64,000 nucleotides of DNA, from IMG/VR virus record IMGVR_UViG_3300027692_000003; one strand, 5' to 3'. Below the pieces are notes generated by a model. That model ran no database searches and was not told where the DNA came from. It was given only the letters and a program-made list of their open reading frames with translations. This stretch comes from a virus. Its lineage: Duplodnaviria > Heunggongvirae > Uroviricota > Caudoviricetes. The position numbers and the translations under genes were made by a program. This document shows, in pieces, positions 34,914 through 43,577 of the stretch; the first letter of the stretch is position 1; the number at the start of each line of letters is the position of its first letter.

Positions 34914-35600
34914 ATGGATCTCCTGTCATCCGCCCTCGTCGACTCCGCGGCGGCCCTGTTCGAGCAGCTGGACGGCATCCCCGAAGCCGAGCGGATCGAG
35001 GTCATCAACGAGATCAGGCTCGCGTTGCGGGAGCATTCCCCGATGAAAGCTGAGCCGGTCGACTGCGTCCTGTGGGTGCCCTCGGCCCGTGTCGCCGGGA
35101 ACGAGTACAACCCGAACGTAGTCGCTCCCCCCGAGATGCGGCTCCTCACCAGGTCTATCGAAGCGGACGGCTTCACGCAGCCGATCGTGGCGTGGCCCGT
35201 GGGAGACGGCTATGAGGTGATCGACGGGTTCCATCGTCACCGGGTCGGCAAGGAGAGCAAGCCGGTCCGCGCACGGGTCCGGGGGCACCTCCCGCTGGCG
35301 GTGATCAACGGGGACCGGGCGGCCCTGGAGGACCGGCAGGCGGCGACAATCCGGCACAACCGGGCGCGCGGGGTGCACACGGTGGACGGCATGAGCGAGA
35401 TCGTCACCGACCTGCACAGACGAGGGAAAGGGGACGAGTGGATCGCCGCCGAGCTCGGCATGGACCCTGACGAGGTCCTGCGGCTGCGGCAGACCGCCGG
35501 TATCGCCGAGCTGTTCTCAGGCCAGGAATTCTCCGAGGCCTGGGAAGCGGACACCTGGGCCGGGCAGGGCGCCGCCGAGCAGCCCGGCAGTGACCTGTGA
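34914..35600 (+). CDS. ParB/Srx-like protein (IbrB/YbdM family)
   Basis: NEYNPNVVAPPEMRLL..SI..DGFTQPIV...EVIDGFHR...ATIRHNRARG.H...IAAELGMDPDEVLRL.Q..G.AELF. Confidence 0.9.
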   Translation: MDLLSSALVDSAAALFEQLDGIPEAERIEVINEIRLALREHSPMKAEPVDCVLWVPSARVAGNEYNPNVVAPPEMRLLTRSIEADGFTQPIVAWPVGDGYEVIDGFHRHRVGKESKPVRARVRGHLPLAVINGDRAALEDRQAATIRHNRARGVHTVDGMSEIVTDLHRRGKGDEWIAAELGMDPDEVLRLRQTAGIAELFSGQEFSEAWEADTWAGQGAAEQPGSDL

Positions 35601-35792
35601 ACCGCGGCAGGGCGATCCGGGCGCTGGCCCGGGCCGTGCTCACCGCGGAGGCGGCAGCGTGAGACCCACCCACGGCGGCGCCGCCAGCAGCGGCCCGCAG
35701 GGGGATCATCACGGCCGGCCTCGCGGCGGAACGCGGTGACCCACGAGACCCAGCTGCTCTACTCCCCGGCCCGTGGCGGGGCGCCGCTACGT

Positions 35793-36191
35793 TCAGCACT
35801 TCACGGTCACGCTGTTGACGTACTTCGCGCCCTGGCTCGTGATGGTGACCTGCATGATGTTGTCCTCGGTGCGGCCCGGCTGTACCGGTGACGCGAGGGT
35901 CCCGATATTGATCCCGGAGTAGGCGCCGGACGGGTCGGAGGCGTCGACCGTGCACTGCGGATCACCCGCCGTCTTCCCGGTGTTCGTGACGGTGAAGTAG
36001 ACGTTCAGGTCCGCAGGATTCACCACGGTGTAGGTAGCGACCGCGGCCTTGTACTGCGCCGCCGACTGGGCCTGGTCCTTCGCGCCGAGATGGACCGCCA
36101 GGAGTATGGCCCCGACGACTGCCACGACGACGACGAGCGCGCATCCTTGCGCCGCCCCTGACGGTTTCCCCTTATTCTGCGTACCTGTCAT
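35793..36191 (-). CDS. Membrane-anchored secreted beta-sandwich protein
   Basis: N-terminal TM (CALVVVVAVVGAILLAV), FTVTNTG..AG...C.V, C-terminal C. Confidence 0.7.
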   Translation of the reverse strand: MTGTQNKGKPSGAAQGCALVVVVAVVGAILLAVHLGAKDQAQSAAQYKAAVATYTVVNPADLNVYFTVTNTGKTAGDPQCTVDASDPSGAYSGINIGTLASPVQPGRTEDNIMQVTITSQGAKYVNSVTVKC

Positions 36192-36594
36192 TTCCAGCCC
36201 CTTCATCCCGGTTCCCTTTGCGGGGCATTCTTGCGCGGAGAAGGGGATATACCGCCACCCGCGACCGTATCGAGACGCGAATGTGTCGGCAGGGATAGGA
36301 AAACGTGGCCCCCGGGACAGGGGGTTGCTGCTCCCGGACACATCGCGTTATCCGGCCTGCTGCGCCTGACGCGCGAGGGAGAATGATGGCCGGCACCCGC
36401 TGCCGGACGGCCGGTAACGCCGCTACCAGCACGTCCTGCGCATCGTCACCGAGCTGCACGTCGAGCGGCCCCTCCTCCTCGGCGAGTCCTGGCTCTGCGT
36501 CCGGTTCCTCGCCGTACCTCGGGTCATCCAGTCCGGGGACTGCCATCAGGAGGATCAGGGCACACAGGACCAGGATGCCGAACAGGACGTACAC
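36172..36594 (-). CDS. Possible small membrane protein (boundaries uncertain)
   Basis: N-terminal hydrophobic YVLFGILVLCALILLMAVPG, then an acidic segment. Confidence 0.35.
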   Translation of the reverse strand: MYVLFGILVLCALILLMAVPGLDDPRYGEEPDAEPGLAEEEGPLDVQLGDDAQDVLVAALPAVRQRVPAIILPRASGAAGRITRCVREQQPPVPGATFSYPCRHIRVSIRSRVAVYPLLRARMPRKGNRDEGAGNDRYAE

Positions 36595-36755
36595 GAATGC
36601 CGATCAGGAGAGGAACTCAGCGGGAGGAGCGCTGCGGCCAGGAAAGGCGAATGCGCTGGTCACGATCCTATCAGCGGCGCGGCGTCATCCCGGCGAGAGG
36701 GTCAGCCGGCGACTAGGCTCCTGTCCGACCCTGAACGGACCAGGAAGGAACCGCG

Positions 36756-37106
36756 ATGCCCGCCGAAGTGACCGTTACCAAGACCGAGCTGCTCAAAGTC
36801 CTCGAAGCGAACCGGGCCACGCATCGCGAGACCTTCATCGCTGCACAGTCCGGCTTCCGCGCCAGGGTGATCGAGGAGCTTGACCGCCGGCTAGCGGAGG
36901 CTCGCGCCGGTCATCACGTCGACCTGATGATCCGCCTCCCTGAGCCGGAAGACCACACCGAAGACTACGACCGCGAGATCCGGATGCTGCAGATGCACAC
37001 CGGGGACACTGTAACTGTCGGGGCGCACCTGTTCGACCAGATCGTCATGGACCGCTGGGGCTGGTCGACCTCGTTCAACACGACCAATTCGGCCTACCTG
37101 CCGTGA
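36756..37106 (+). CDS. Conserved phage hypothetical protein
   Basis: ELLKVLEANRATH...LPEPEDHTEDYDREIRML.MH...FDQIVMDRWGW; RBS aggaagg. Confidence 0.8.
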   Translation: MPAEVTVTKTELLKVLEANRATHRETFIAAQSGFRARVIEELDRRLAEARAGHHVDLMIRLPEPEDHTEDYDREIRMLQMHTGDTVTVGAHLFDQIVMDRWGWSTSFNTTNSAYLP

Positions 37107-37510
37107 GGGAGTGACCCGTCCGCGGCGGCCTGGTGCCGGTAGCGCCTGCGTCCTTTCATGGTGCTGGCTACGGTCGACCGCTTCCACCGGTGGACGCCGT
37201 GCTCAGTATCGTCGGGGGCGGGCCAGCGGCCGCGGCTGATGTCGGAGCGGATTGTGGATCCGGACAGGCCGGTCTCGGCGGCGATGCGTGCGACGTCCAG
37301 GAGCTCGTCAGGGTCGCCGTCGGGGAGCGGGGTCCGGCCGGCGATCGTCGCGACCGCGGCGGCGACCTCGGCGGCGTCGTACTCCTTGTAGCGGCCGCGT
37401 TTGCCGGCGGCTGCCGGCCAGGCCGGGTGGGGTACCCACTGGGTCCGGATCGTGCCGGGTGTGCGGTCGTATTTCTGGGCGATCTCGGGGATGATGAGCC
37501 GCTGTATCAT
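37094..37510 (-). CDS. Tandem AlpA/excisionase-like HTH protein
   Basis: IPEIAQKYDRTPGTIRTQW and LLDVARIAAETGLSGSTIRSDISRGRWPAPD; RBS ggagg. Confidence 0.75.
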   Translation of the reverse strand: MIQRLIIPEIAQKYDRTPGTIRTQWVPHPAWPAAAGKRGRYKEYDAAEVAAAVATIAGRTPLPDGDPDELLDVARIAAETGLSGSTIRSDISRGRWPAPDDTEHGVHRWKRSTVASTMKGRRRYRHQAAADGSLPHGR

Positions 37511-37673
37511 GGTGGTTACCTCCATTTCTGGTGGTGGTTGTGTGCGGGGCCGGCGGCTTTCCGGATTTTCCTGCCTGCGGGCAGGTGCCGCCGGCCCTGT
37601 CGTATGCCTGGGGTGCTTCTTTTCGTGGTGGATCCTCCCCCCGGAGGTGACTCCGGGGGGAGGGTGACGCGTG

Positions 37674-38060
37674 CTACTCGTCTTCGAGCATCGACCTGAG
37701 GATTCTCAGGCCGGCTGCTATCCGTCCGAGTGCCGTATCAAGTCCGTCGACCCGCCATGGTGCCGGGCCTGCGGATTTGATCGCGGCGGCGAGCTCGTAG
37801 GCAACGAGCCATTCGAGCACGAGGCCTTCGAAGCCGATCTTCAGGATTTCCGGGATGGGCTCCTCGCTGATGAGCGATCGGCTCCTGTCCACGGCTGGGA
37901 TTGCCAGCTGCGGGTCCCAGGTTTCCTGGTCGATCGGGGGGAGCCCGATCGGGATCGGCAGGCCGGCGAGCTGGTGGAGGATGATGTCGTAAGCCCACAT
38001 CAGGGCCTCCATGAGTTCGCGTGCCCGTCCCTTTTCGGGGTCGGCCTCGTCGTGGTCCAC
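37674..38060 (-). CDS. Hypothetical helical protein, paralogue A
   Basis: 128 aa, LEWLVAYEL...G.APWRV motif; RBS gaggagg. Confidence 0.75.
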   Translation of the reverse strand: MDHDEADPEKGRARELMEALMWAYDIILHQLAGLPIPIGLPPIDQETWDPQLAIPAVDRSRSLISEEPIPEILKIGFEGLVLEWLVAYELAAAIKSAGPAPWRVDGLDTALGRIAAGLRILRSMLEDE

Positions 38061-38132
38061 CGTGTGGACCTCCTCTCTGTAGTTGTTGTGTGCTGCCGGG
38101 CGGGGTTTCCGGTCCCCGTTCCGACATGACTA

Positions 38133-38175
38133 ACTATACAGAGTAACGGCAGGTTTTGCAATACTTATGGCAGGA
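38133..38175 (-). promoter_or_regulatory. Sigma70-type promoter of paralogue A
   Basis: Minus strand TTGCAA-17 nt-TATAGT. Confidence 0.7.
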
Positions 38176-38206
38176 AATACAAGACTGGTTCTGCGGTGTG
38201 CCCCGG

Positions 38207-38581
38207 TTACCCGAGGTCGGCCGCCACCCGCCGGGCGGCGGCGCGGAAATGGGCTAGCGACGCCGCGATACTCTCCAGCCGCCACGGGGTGATGCCGTGC
38301 TCGCTCGTCAGCTGGAAGATCTCGTACGCGGTGATCCACGCGATGATCGCGGCCCGGACATGGCCGCGGGCCTGCCCGGTGAGGCCGGGCTGCCACTCCA
38401 GCAGCACGCTGGCGCGGTGCAGGCCCGGCACCACCAGGTTGACTGTGGCGGGATCGCCGGGGTCCATGATGTACAGCACCGGGACGGGGAGGCAGGAGAG
38501 GACGAAGCCAAGCTGGTGGTAGGTCTCGGTCAGGTCCTCCCGGAGCTTTGCTCGCTGCTCTTTCGCGCTGGCCTGGTCCAT
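38207..38581 (-). CDS. Hypothetical helical protein, paralogue B
   Basis: 124 aa, IAWITAYEI...GITPWRL motif; RBS gaggagg. Confidence 0.75.
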   Translation of the reverse strand: MDQASAKEQRAKLREDLTETYHQLGFVLSCLPVPVLYIMDPGDPATVNLVVPGLHRASVLLEWQPGLTGQARGHVRAAIIAWITAYEIFQLTSEHGITPWRLESIAASLAHFRAAARRVAADLG

Positions 38582-38616
38582 GCCTGCCTCCTCGCCGCAC
38601 CTGCTTGCATATCAGA

Positions 38617-38659
38617 GTTTACAGCATTAACGGCATGTTTTGCAACACGCTTGGCGGGA
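38617..38659 (-). promoter_or_regulatory. Sigma70-type promoter of paralogue B (duplicate of A promoter)
   Basis: TTGCAA-18 nt-TAAACT; 38628-38659 is 26/32 identical to 38144-38175. Confidence 0.7.
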
Positions 38660-38680
38660 TTCCCCGGCTAGACCCCCCGG

Positions 38681-38896
38681 TCACCGCAGCAGCAGGCTGA
38701 ACCCCGAGAACAGCACCCGGCCCTCCGGCTGCTCCACCCTCACTCTGAACCGCCGGCCCGGCAGCTGGGCCACCTCAAGGCCAGCCTCGCCGGCCACCGC
38801 CGCCGCCGGCCAGCGCGCCACATCACCCGCATCACCGCCGTCGATTATGAACTCGGCATGGTCGCCGACTACCAGCAGGCACGACACGACGACCAT
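38681..38896 (-). CDS. Hypothetical protein
   Basis: 71 aa in operon orientation. Confidence 0.45.
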   Translation of the reverse strand: MVVVSCLLVVGDHAEFIIDGGDAGDVARWPAAAVAGEAGLEVAQLPGRRFRVRVEQPEGRVLFSGFSLLLR

Positions 38897-39023
38897 CCGG
38901 CCATCACCTGTACCGCTCACAGCCCCATCATCCTTTCCGTCCAGGTCCCGGCACCCACGTGCCCGGCACCATCATCAGCTGCAGTCCTCCGCGCCGCGAG
39001 CCGGCGCCTGCCCGATCCTGGCA

Positions 39024-39311
39024 TTACCGCGCCCTGCGGATAACGCGCCGCGCTGCCTGGGCAATAGCGTCAGCGTAGGGCTGCTCCCTCTCCTGCATGA
39101 GCGGGCTCAGCTGATCAAAAGGGACCAGGCAGGGATGCGCGGGGGTGCGGTCCGTGTAGTAAGCGCACCAGGCGTCGTGCACGTCCGCCAGGGTGACGTC
39201 CTCGCCCCGCACCAGGACCAGCAGGACGTAGAGCCTTATGAGCCCGGCCGGGAGTCCCTGCATGACCTCGTAGCTGGTCAGGATCTCGGCTATCTCGTCG
39301 AAGTACATCAT
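39024..39311 (-). CDS. Conserved phage hypothetical protein
   Basis: LYVLLVLVRGEDVTLADVHDAW...HPCLVPFDQLS...Q..E..Y..AI motif; ATGA overlap. Confidence 0.75.
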   Translation of the reverse strand: MMYFDEIAEILTSYEVMQGLPAGLIRLYVLLVLVRGEDVTLADVHDAWCAYYTDRTPAHPCLVPFDQLSPLMQEREQPYADAIAQAARRVIRRAR

Positions 39312-39799
39312 GACCGGGGGCTGCCTCCCGCCGGCTCGTCCCATGCCCGGCACGCCGCGGCAAGCCGGGCGCATCCGGCCGCGTGTCCTTGCCCGGCGTC
39401 TGCGGGGCCGCCCGCATCGGGGCCGCGGTCGGTGACGGTGGCGCCGCACTGCGGGCACGTCCACGGGACAGCGGGGCCGCTGCCGTAGTCGGCGGCGAAA
39501 CAGGCGAACGCTTCTGCTGGCCAGTCTTCCGGGCTGAGCGTCGTGCCGTCAAACAGCACCTCCCCGATCTCGCCCCAGGTCTGGCCGGCCTCCCGCGCAG
39601 CCCGCGCGAACTCGGCTAGGAGGCTGGTGATGGCATGCCGCAGCGGGAGGGCGGCACGGATCCCGTCAAGGGGCGCGGGCCCGGCGACCGTGCCGAATTC
39701 CGGGTGACCGGGGACCGCCTGGCTGGTGACCATCCGTGCGCCGTTCCCCCGGGCCGCGGTCGCGATGACATTGCGGATGAGCTCGCGGTCGGTGCTCAT
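39308..39799 (-). CDS. Hypothetical protein (CPQC motif)
   Basis: ARAAREAGQTWGEIGEVL, WTCPQCGA.VTD.GP...GHAAGC. Confidence 0.7.
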   Translation of the reverse strand: MSTDRELIRNVIATAARGNGARMVTSQAVPGHPEFGTVAGPAPLDGIRAALPLRHAITSLLAEFARAAREAGQTWGEIGEVLFDGTTLSPEDWPAEAFACFAADYGSGPAVPWTCPQCGATVTDRGPDAGGPADAGQGHAAGCARLAAACRAWDEPAGGSPRS

Positions 39800-40866
39800 G
39801 CCTGCCGCCTGTCCCCGATGGAGACGACACGCTGCGCCTGCTGTGCCGCGAGCGCGAGCACCTTCCCGGCGCGCTCGTGGCCGATGCTAGCCCGGCCGCC
39901 CGCCTGCTCGCGGATGACCTTGACGACTCTCGTCGGCGACACGTCGCCCTCGGCGAGCAGCGGGATGATGAGGGCCGCCAGGTCGTCGTCGGAGGCCTTC
40001 GCCGGGACGAGCCGGCGGCCCCTCGTGACGGGGGCTTGCGAGGGGCTCGCGGCGGGGGTTCCGCCGGCAGTGCCAGCGGTGCTCCCGGAGGCCTCACCCG
40101 GAGGGGTCCCGGCTGTGCTGGCGGGGGGGTCCTGCGAGGGGGTCGCGGGAGGGGGCGCGGAGGCCTCGGCGCGGGCCGCGCGGAGGACCTCCGCAGTGCG
40201 CTCCGGGAGGGTCACCGCGGCGGCTATCCACGCTTCCACGGCGGGCTCCCAGACGGTCGCGCCGCCGTACCTCGCGCCACTGCCGATAGCCTCCATGACC
40301 TTGGCCGGGAGGCGCCCGGAGAGCAGCTGGCGGCGGAGCAGGACGGGGGCGCGGAAACGCCAGGAGAGGCCGAGCCCGGAACGCAGCATGTCCCTGGCAT
40401 GGGCCTGCGCGTCGGCGAGGGTGACGGCGGCGGCGCGTTCCTCCGGTGTCACCTTCAGGCGGCGGACGAGGATCTTCGCGAACAGCAGCTGGCCGTAGAA
40501 CGCGGTCACGACGATCACGTGCGCGATGGCGTCCGGGACCGCTCCGCGGGCGGCGTAGATGTTGAGCCAGTAACTCCCCGCCGCGCTCGCTGTCAGGAGG
40601 GCGCCGAGCATCCACGTGACAGCGCGCGGCGGCGTGTCCTTCAGGTCGAGCAGCAGCCAGCCCGCGTACAGGCCGGTGAACATGCCCTCCGCCGATGCCG
40701 GGACGATCCACGCCCAGTCCCCCATCCACTGGTGAACCAGGTGGGTGACGGTGAAGTAGATCTCCACGAACGCGAAGAAGCCGACCGCTGCGCACAGGAG
40801 CCCGTAGACGGCGGCGAGGCCGAGTTCCCAGGCGGTCCACCCGCCGCCAGCCCGGTGGCCCTTCAC
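39796..40866 (-). CDS. DUF2637/SpdA-like membrane spread protein
   Basis: Four N-terminal TM segments (WAWIVPASAEG, SYWLNIYAA), low-complexity Pro/Ala linker, C-terminal HTH-like SPTRVVKVIR...SIGHERA. Confidence 0.7.
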   Translation of the reverse strand: MKGHRAGGGWTAWELGLAAVYGLLCAAVGFFAFVEIYFTVTHLVHQWMGDWAWIVPASAEGMFTGLYAGWLLLDLKDTPPRAVTWMLGALLTASAAGSYWLNIYAARGAVPDAIAHVIVVTAFYGQLLFAKILVRRLKVTPEERAAAVTLADAQAHARDMLRSGLGLSWRFRAPVLLRRQLLSGRLPAKVMEAIGSGARYGGATVWEPAVEAWIAAAVTLPERTAEVLRAARAEASAPPPATPSQDPPASTAGTPPGEASGSTAGTAGGTPAASPSQAPVTRGRRLVPAKASDDDLAALIIPLLAEGDVSPTRVVKVIREQAGGRASIGHERAGKVLALAAQQAQRVVSIGDRRQA

Positions 40867-41138
40867 TGCCCGTCACCGTCTGGCCCGAACGTGCAGTCGA
40901 GCCAGCGGCCGGACCGGTGAATCAGCGGTGCCGCGGCGATCAGCATGATTACCGTCACCGGGATGACGGTGCTGATGGCCAGCCCGGTCATCCACGGGTT
41001 GCGCCACGACGGCATTCCGGGCACTCCCGGCAGGAATGCCCACGCGGCGCAGGCCGCGATCACGAGCAGGGTGCGCGTGCCGCGCCGTGACTGGCACGGC
41101 GGTGGCGGCGCAGCCTCGGGAACGTCCATGCGGGCCAT
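40863..41138 (-). CDS. Small membrane protein
   Basis: Two hydrophobic segments; GTGA overlap. Confidence 0.55.
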   Translation of the reverse strand: MARMDVPEAAPPPPCQSRRGTRTLLVIAACAAWAFLPGVPGMPSWRNPWMTGLAISTVIPVTVIMLIAAAPLIHRSGRWLDCTFGPDGDGQ

Positions 41139-41327
41139 CCTTGCCTCCGTCGCTGATCGCTGTCAGGCGGTTTCTGGTTACCGGCACTTGCATCCGGGGC
41201 AGGTGCACCGGCAGCTGGTGGGGCACAGGCACCAGATACGGCGGCAGCACGTGCCGCCGGACATATTTCAGTCATTCCGGGCCGGTGCGTCCGGGACGAA
41301 CCCTCCCCTGCCGGTCACGGCGGGTGA

Positions 41328-41454
41328 TTGTCCACTTGTCCACGGCGTTGTCCGCGGGAATTGTCCGCTTGTCCAGATGGATGATCCTCGCGGGCCTGCG
41401 CGCGCCTGCGCGCGTAGGGGCGCGGGCCGGTCCTCCAGTCGTCCGCTCGTCCGC
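41328..41454. repeat. Cluster of 8-bp direct repeats, candidate clt/TRS for TraB
   Basis: TTGTCCAC 41328 and 41336; TTGTCCGC 41348 and 41361; TTGTCCAG 41369; TCGTCCGC 41439 and 41447. Immediately downstream of traB. Confidence 0.7.
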
Positions 41455-41468
41455 GCCCTGGACGACAC

Positions 41469-43577
41469 TCACGCTGCGTTCACTTTCCGGGCGTCCCTGA
41501 ACAGGGCATCCCGTTCCCTCGTGATGGCTTCCATCGCCTCGGTCACGGACGTCCCGGGGAGCGGGGCGTAACGGCCGCGGGACAGCTGGGTGACGGCGCC
41601 GTGCTCGATCAGGGCGGCGAGCATGGGGTGGATCCAGGACGTTGACATGCCGGACTCGGCTTTCAGCTGGGCGGGGGAGATGCCGCCGGCCGCACCGGCG
41701 AGGGCGGTGGCGAACATGTCCCGCTGCCGTTCCAGGACCGGCCGCAGGTCCGCCGGCGGGGGAGTCCAGCCTTCGGGGACCTCGCCGTACATCGCGTCCA
41801 GGTCCGCTTCGATCCTGTCCGCGACAGCACGGGCCCCGGACCCGGCGGGGGAGGGCGCCGGCGATGACTCCGATGCGGCTGCCGCAGCCGCCGCGGTAAC
41901 GCCGAACTGCCGGACCGCCGCCTGGTACTGGGGGGAGAACTCCCTGAACCTGGGGTCCAGGCGCAGCCAGCGTGTGTCCCACCATTCCTGCCAGGTGACG
42001 CCGAGCGGCGACATCTCAGCGCCGCAGAACAGCCGCACCGGATCACGCGGGCCGATCAGGGCGGCGTTCTGCTCGCAGATCCGCTTCAGCAGTTCGTGGG
42101 GCATGTGCGGGGCGCGGACCTGCTCGGCGGTTGTCTCCGGGCCGTCTTTCATCAGGAACGTGCCGAGTTCCTCGAGCCGGGACGCGTCATACCGTGACCA
42201 GTCATCGAACGCGAACTGTCCATGCGAGGCTGACTCGACCCGGTACACGAACCGCAGGCGCAGGTTCCCGCGGGTCTGCTCGGTGCGGACTGATTCCTCG
42301 AGCGACCCGTACTGGGTGTCGATGTCTGTATAGATCTCGACGGCGCTGCCCTGGCTCGCCAGGGTGGCCAGGTAGCGGGCGCATTCGGCGTCCCCGTTGG
42401 TGACCGAGGTGAGGCCGTGGGTCTCATCGATCTCCACGTGCCATGCCGGCAGCCCGGTGGTTGCCTTGAGCTGGTCATCGCCGTCGTAGGCTCCCGCGCC
42501 GCGGGCGTCGATCTCCCGGGTGGTCATCAGCAGGAACATCCGGGCCTCGTCCACGGTGGTGATGACATGCTCCGCGGACCCTGCCTCGAGCACGGGCCGT
42601 GCGGACCGGCCGCCTTTCAGGGCGATGAGGACCTGCCGGTCATCGGGGCAGCCGGACAGGGACGCGATGCGGGCCAGGAGATGATTGGTCTTCCCGCTGC
42701 GGGTCGTGCCGATGATGAAGCTGTTGCACCGCAGGCTGCCCATCCGCCATAGACCGGTCTCGGTGACGCCGAGGGGGGCCAGGTCGTGGACTGAGCGCGG
42801 GGCGATGTCCGGATCCCACTGGACGACGGCGGCGAGGGGGTTCTCCCGCTTGAAGCGCAGCCTGAAGTGGCTCGGCTTGCCCTTGACGGTCTCGCAGCTG
42901 ACCCGGCCGACGTCCACCATGCCGTCCAGGGCCGACTCGATCAGCGGGACGACCTGCTGGACGTGGGAGAGGGCGTGCCGGCCGGGCAGGCCTGCGACCT
43001 CCAGGGCCACGGTGACACCGGAGGCCTTGGCGTCCACGACCCTGGACCCGCCAAGGTTCCAGGACCAGCAGTGGGACTGCCACCAGGCGTCCCACTTGCC
43101 GATGAGGGCCTCGCGCCTGCGGCGGCCGCGGGGCCGCTTGTGACGCCACCACAGCACGCCCCACGCGGTGCTGAGGGGGGCCAGGGCAGAGCCGAGGATG
43201 ATGCCGGGCAATCCGGCGGCAGGGCCGGTGAACGCCGCGGCAGTTACCCAGCTGGCGGCGGCGACGGCGGACAAGCGGGCATAGAGCAGCTCGGGGGGCC
43301 GGTCCCATCTGTGCGGAGCGAAATACCACAGGCCTGCGGCGGCGACAGCGGAGGCGGTCGCGATATAGGGGGCGGCATGCAGCGCGAAGGATGTTTCCCC
43401 GGCCAGCCACAGGACCGGCGGGACCCCGATGGGGACGGAGACGTGCCGGTTGCGGGCCAGGGAGCGGCCGGCGGCGATGATGGCACTGCCGGACGGCCGG
43501 AGGCCTGCCTCCCATGGCGGACTGCCTGCCGGTGCCGGCGGGACGTAAGGACGCGGCACCAGGTCCCCTCCTGGCAT
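41469..43577 (-). CDS. traB: TraB-like FtsK/SpoIIIE DNA translocase
   Basis: N-terminal TM segments, IIGTTRSGKTN Walker A, HVEIDE Walker B, C-terminal winged helix (ISPAQLKAESGMSTSWIHPMLAALIEHGAVTQLSRGRY). Confidence 0.8.
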   Translation of the reverse strand: MPGGDLVPRPYVPPAPAGSPPWEAGLRPSGSAIIAAGRSLARNRHVSVPIGVPPVLWLAGETSFALHAAPYIATASAVAAAGLWYFAPHRWDRPPELLYARLSAVAAASWVTAAAFTGPAAGLPGIILGSALAPLSTAWGVLWWRHKRPRGRRRREALIGKWDAWWQSHCWSWNLGGSRVVDAKASGVTVALEVAGLPGRHALSHVQQVVPLIESALDGMVDVGRVSCETVKGKPSHFRLRFKRENPLAAVVQWDPDIAPRSVHDLAPLGVTETGLWRMGSLRCNSFIIGTTRSGKTNHLLARIASLSGCPDDRQVLIALKGGRSARPVLEAGSAEHVITTVDEARMFLLMTTREIDARGAGAYDGDDQLKATTGLPAWHVEIDETHGLTSVTNGDAECARYLATLASQGSAVEIYTDIDTQYGSLEESVRTEQTRGNLRLRFVYRVESASHGQFAFDDWSRYDASRLEELGTFLMKDGPETTAEQVRAPHMPHELLKRICEQNAALIGPRDPVRLFCGAEMSPLGVTWQEWWDTRWLRLDPRFREFSPQYQAAVRQFGVTAAAAAAASESSPAPSPAGSGARAVADRIEADLDAMYGEVPEGWTPPPADLRPVLERQRDMFATALAGAAGGISPAQLKAESGMSTSWIHPMLAALIEHGAVTQLSRGRYAPLPGTSVTEAMEAITRERDALFRDARKVNAA

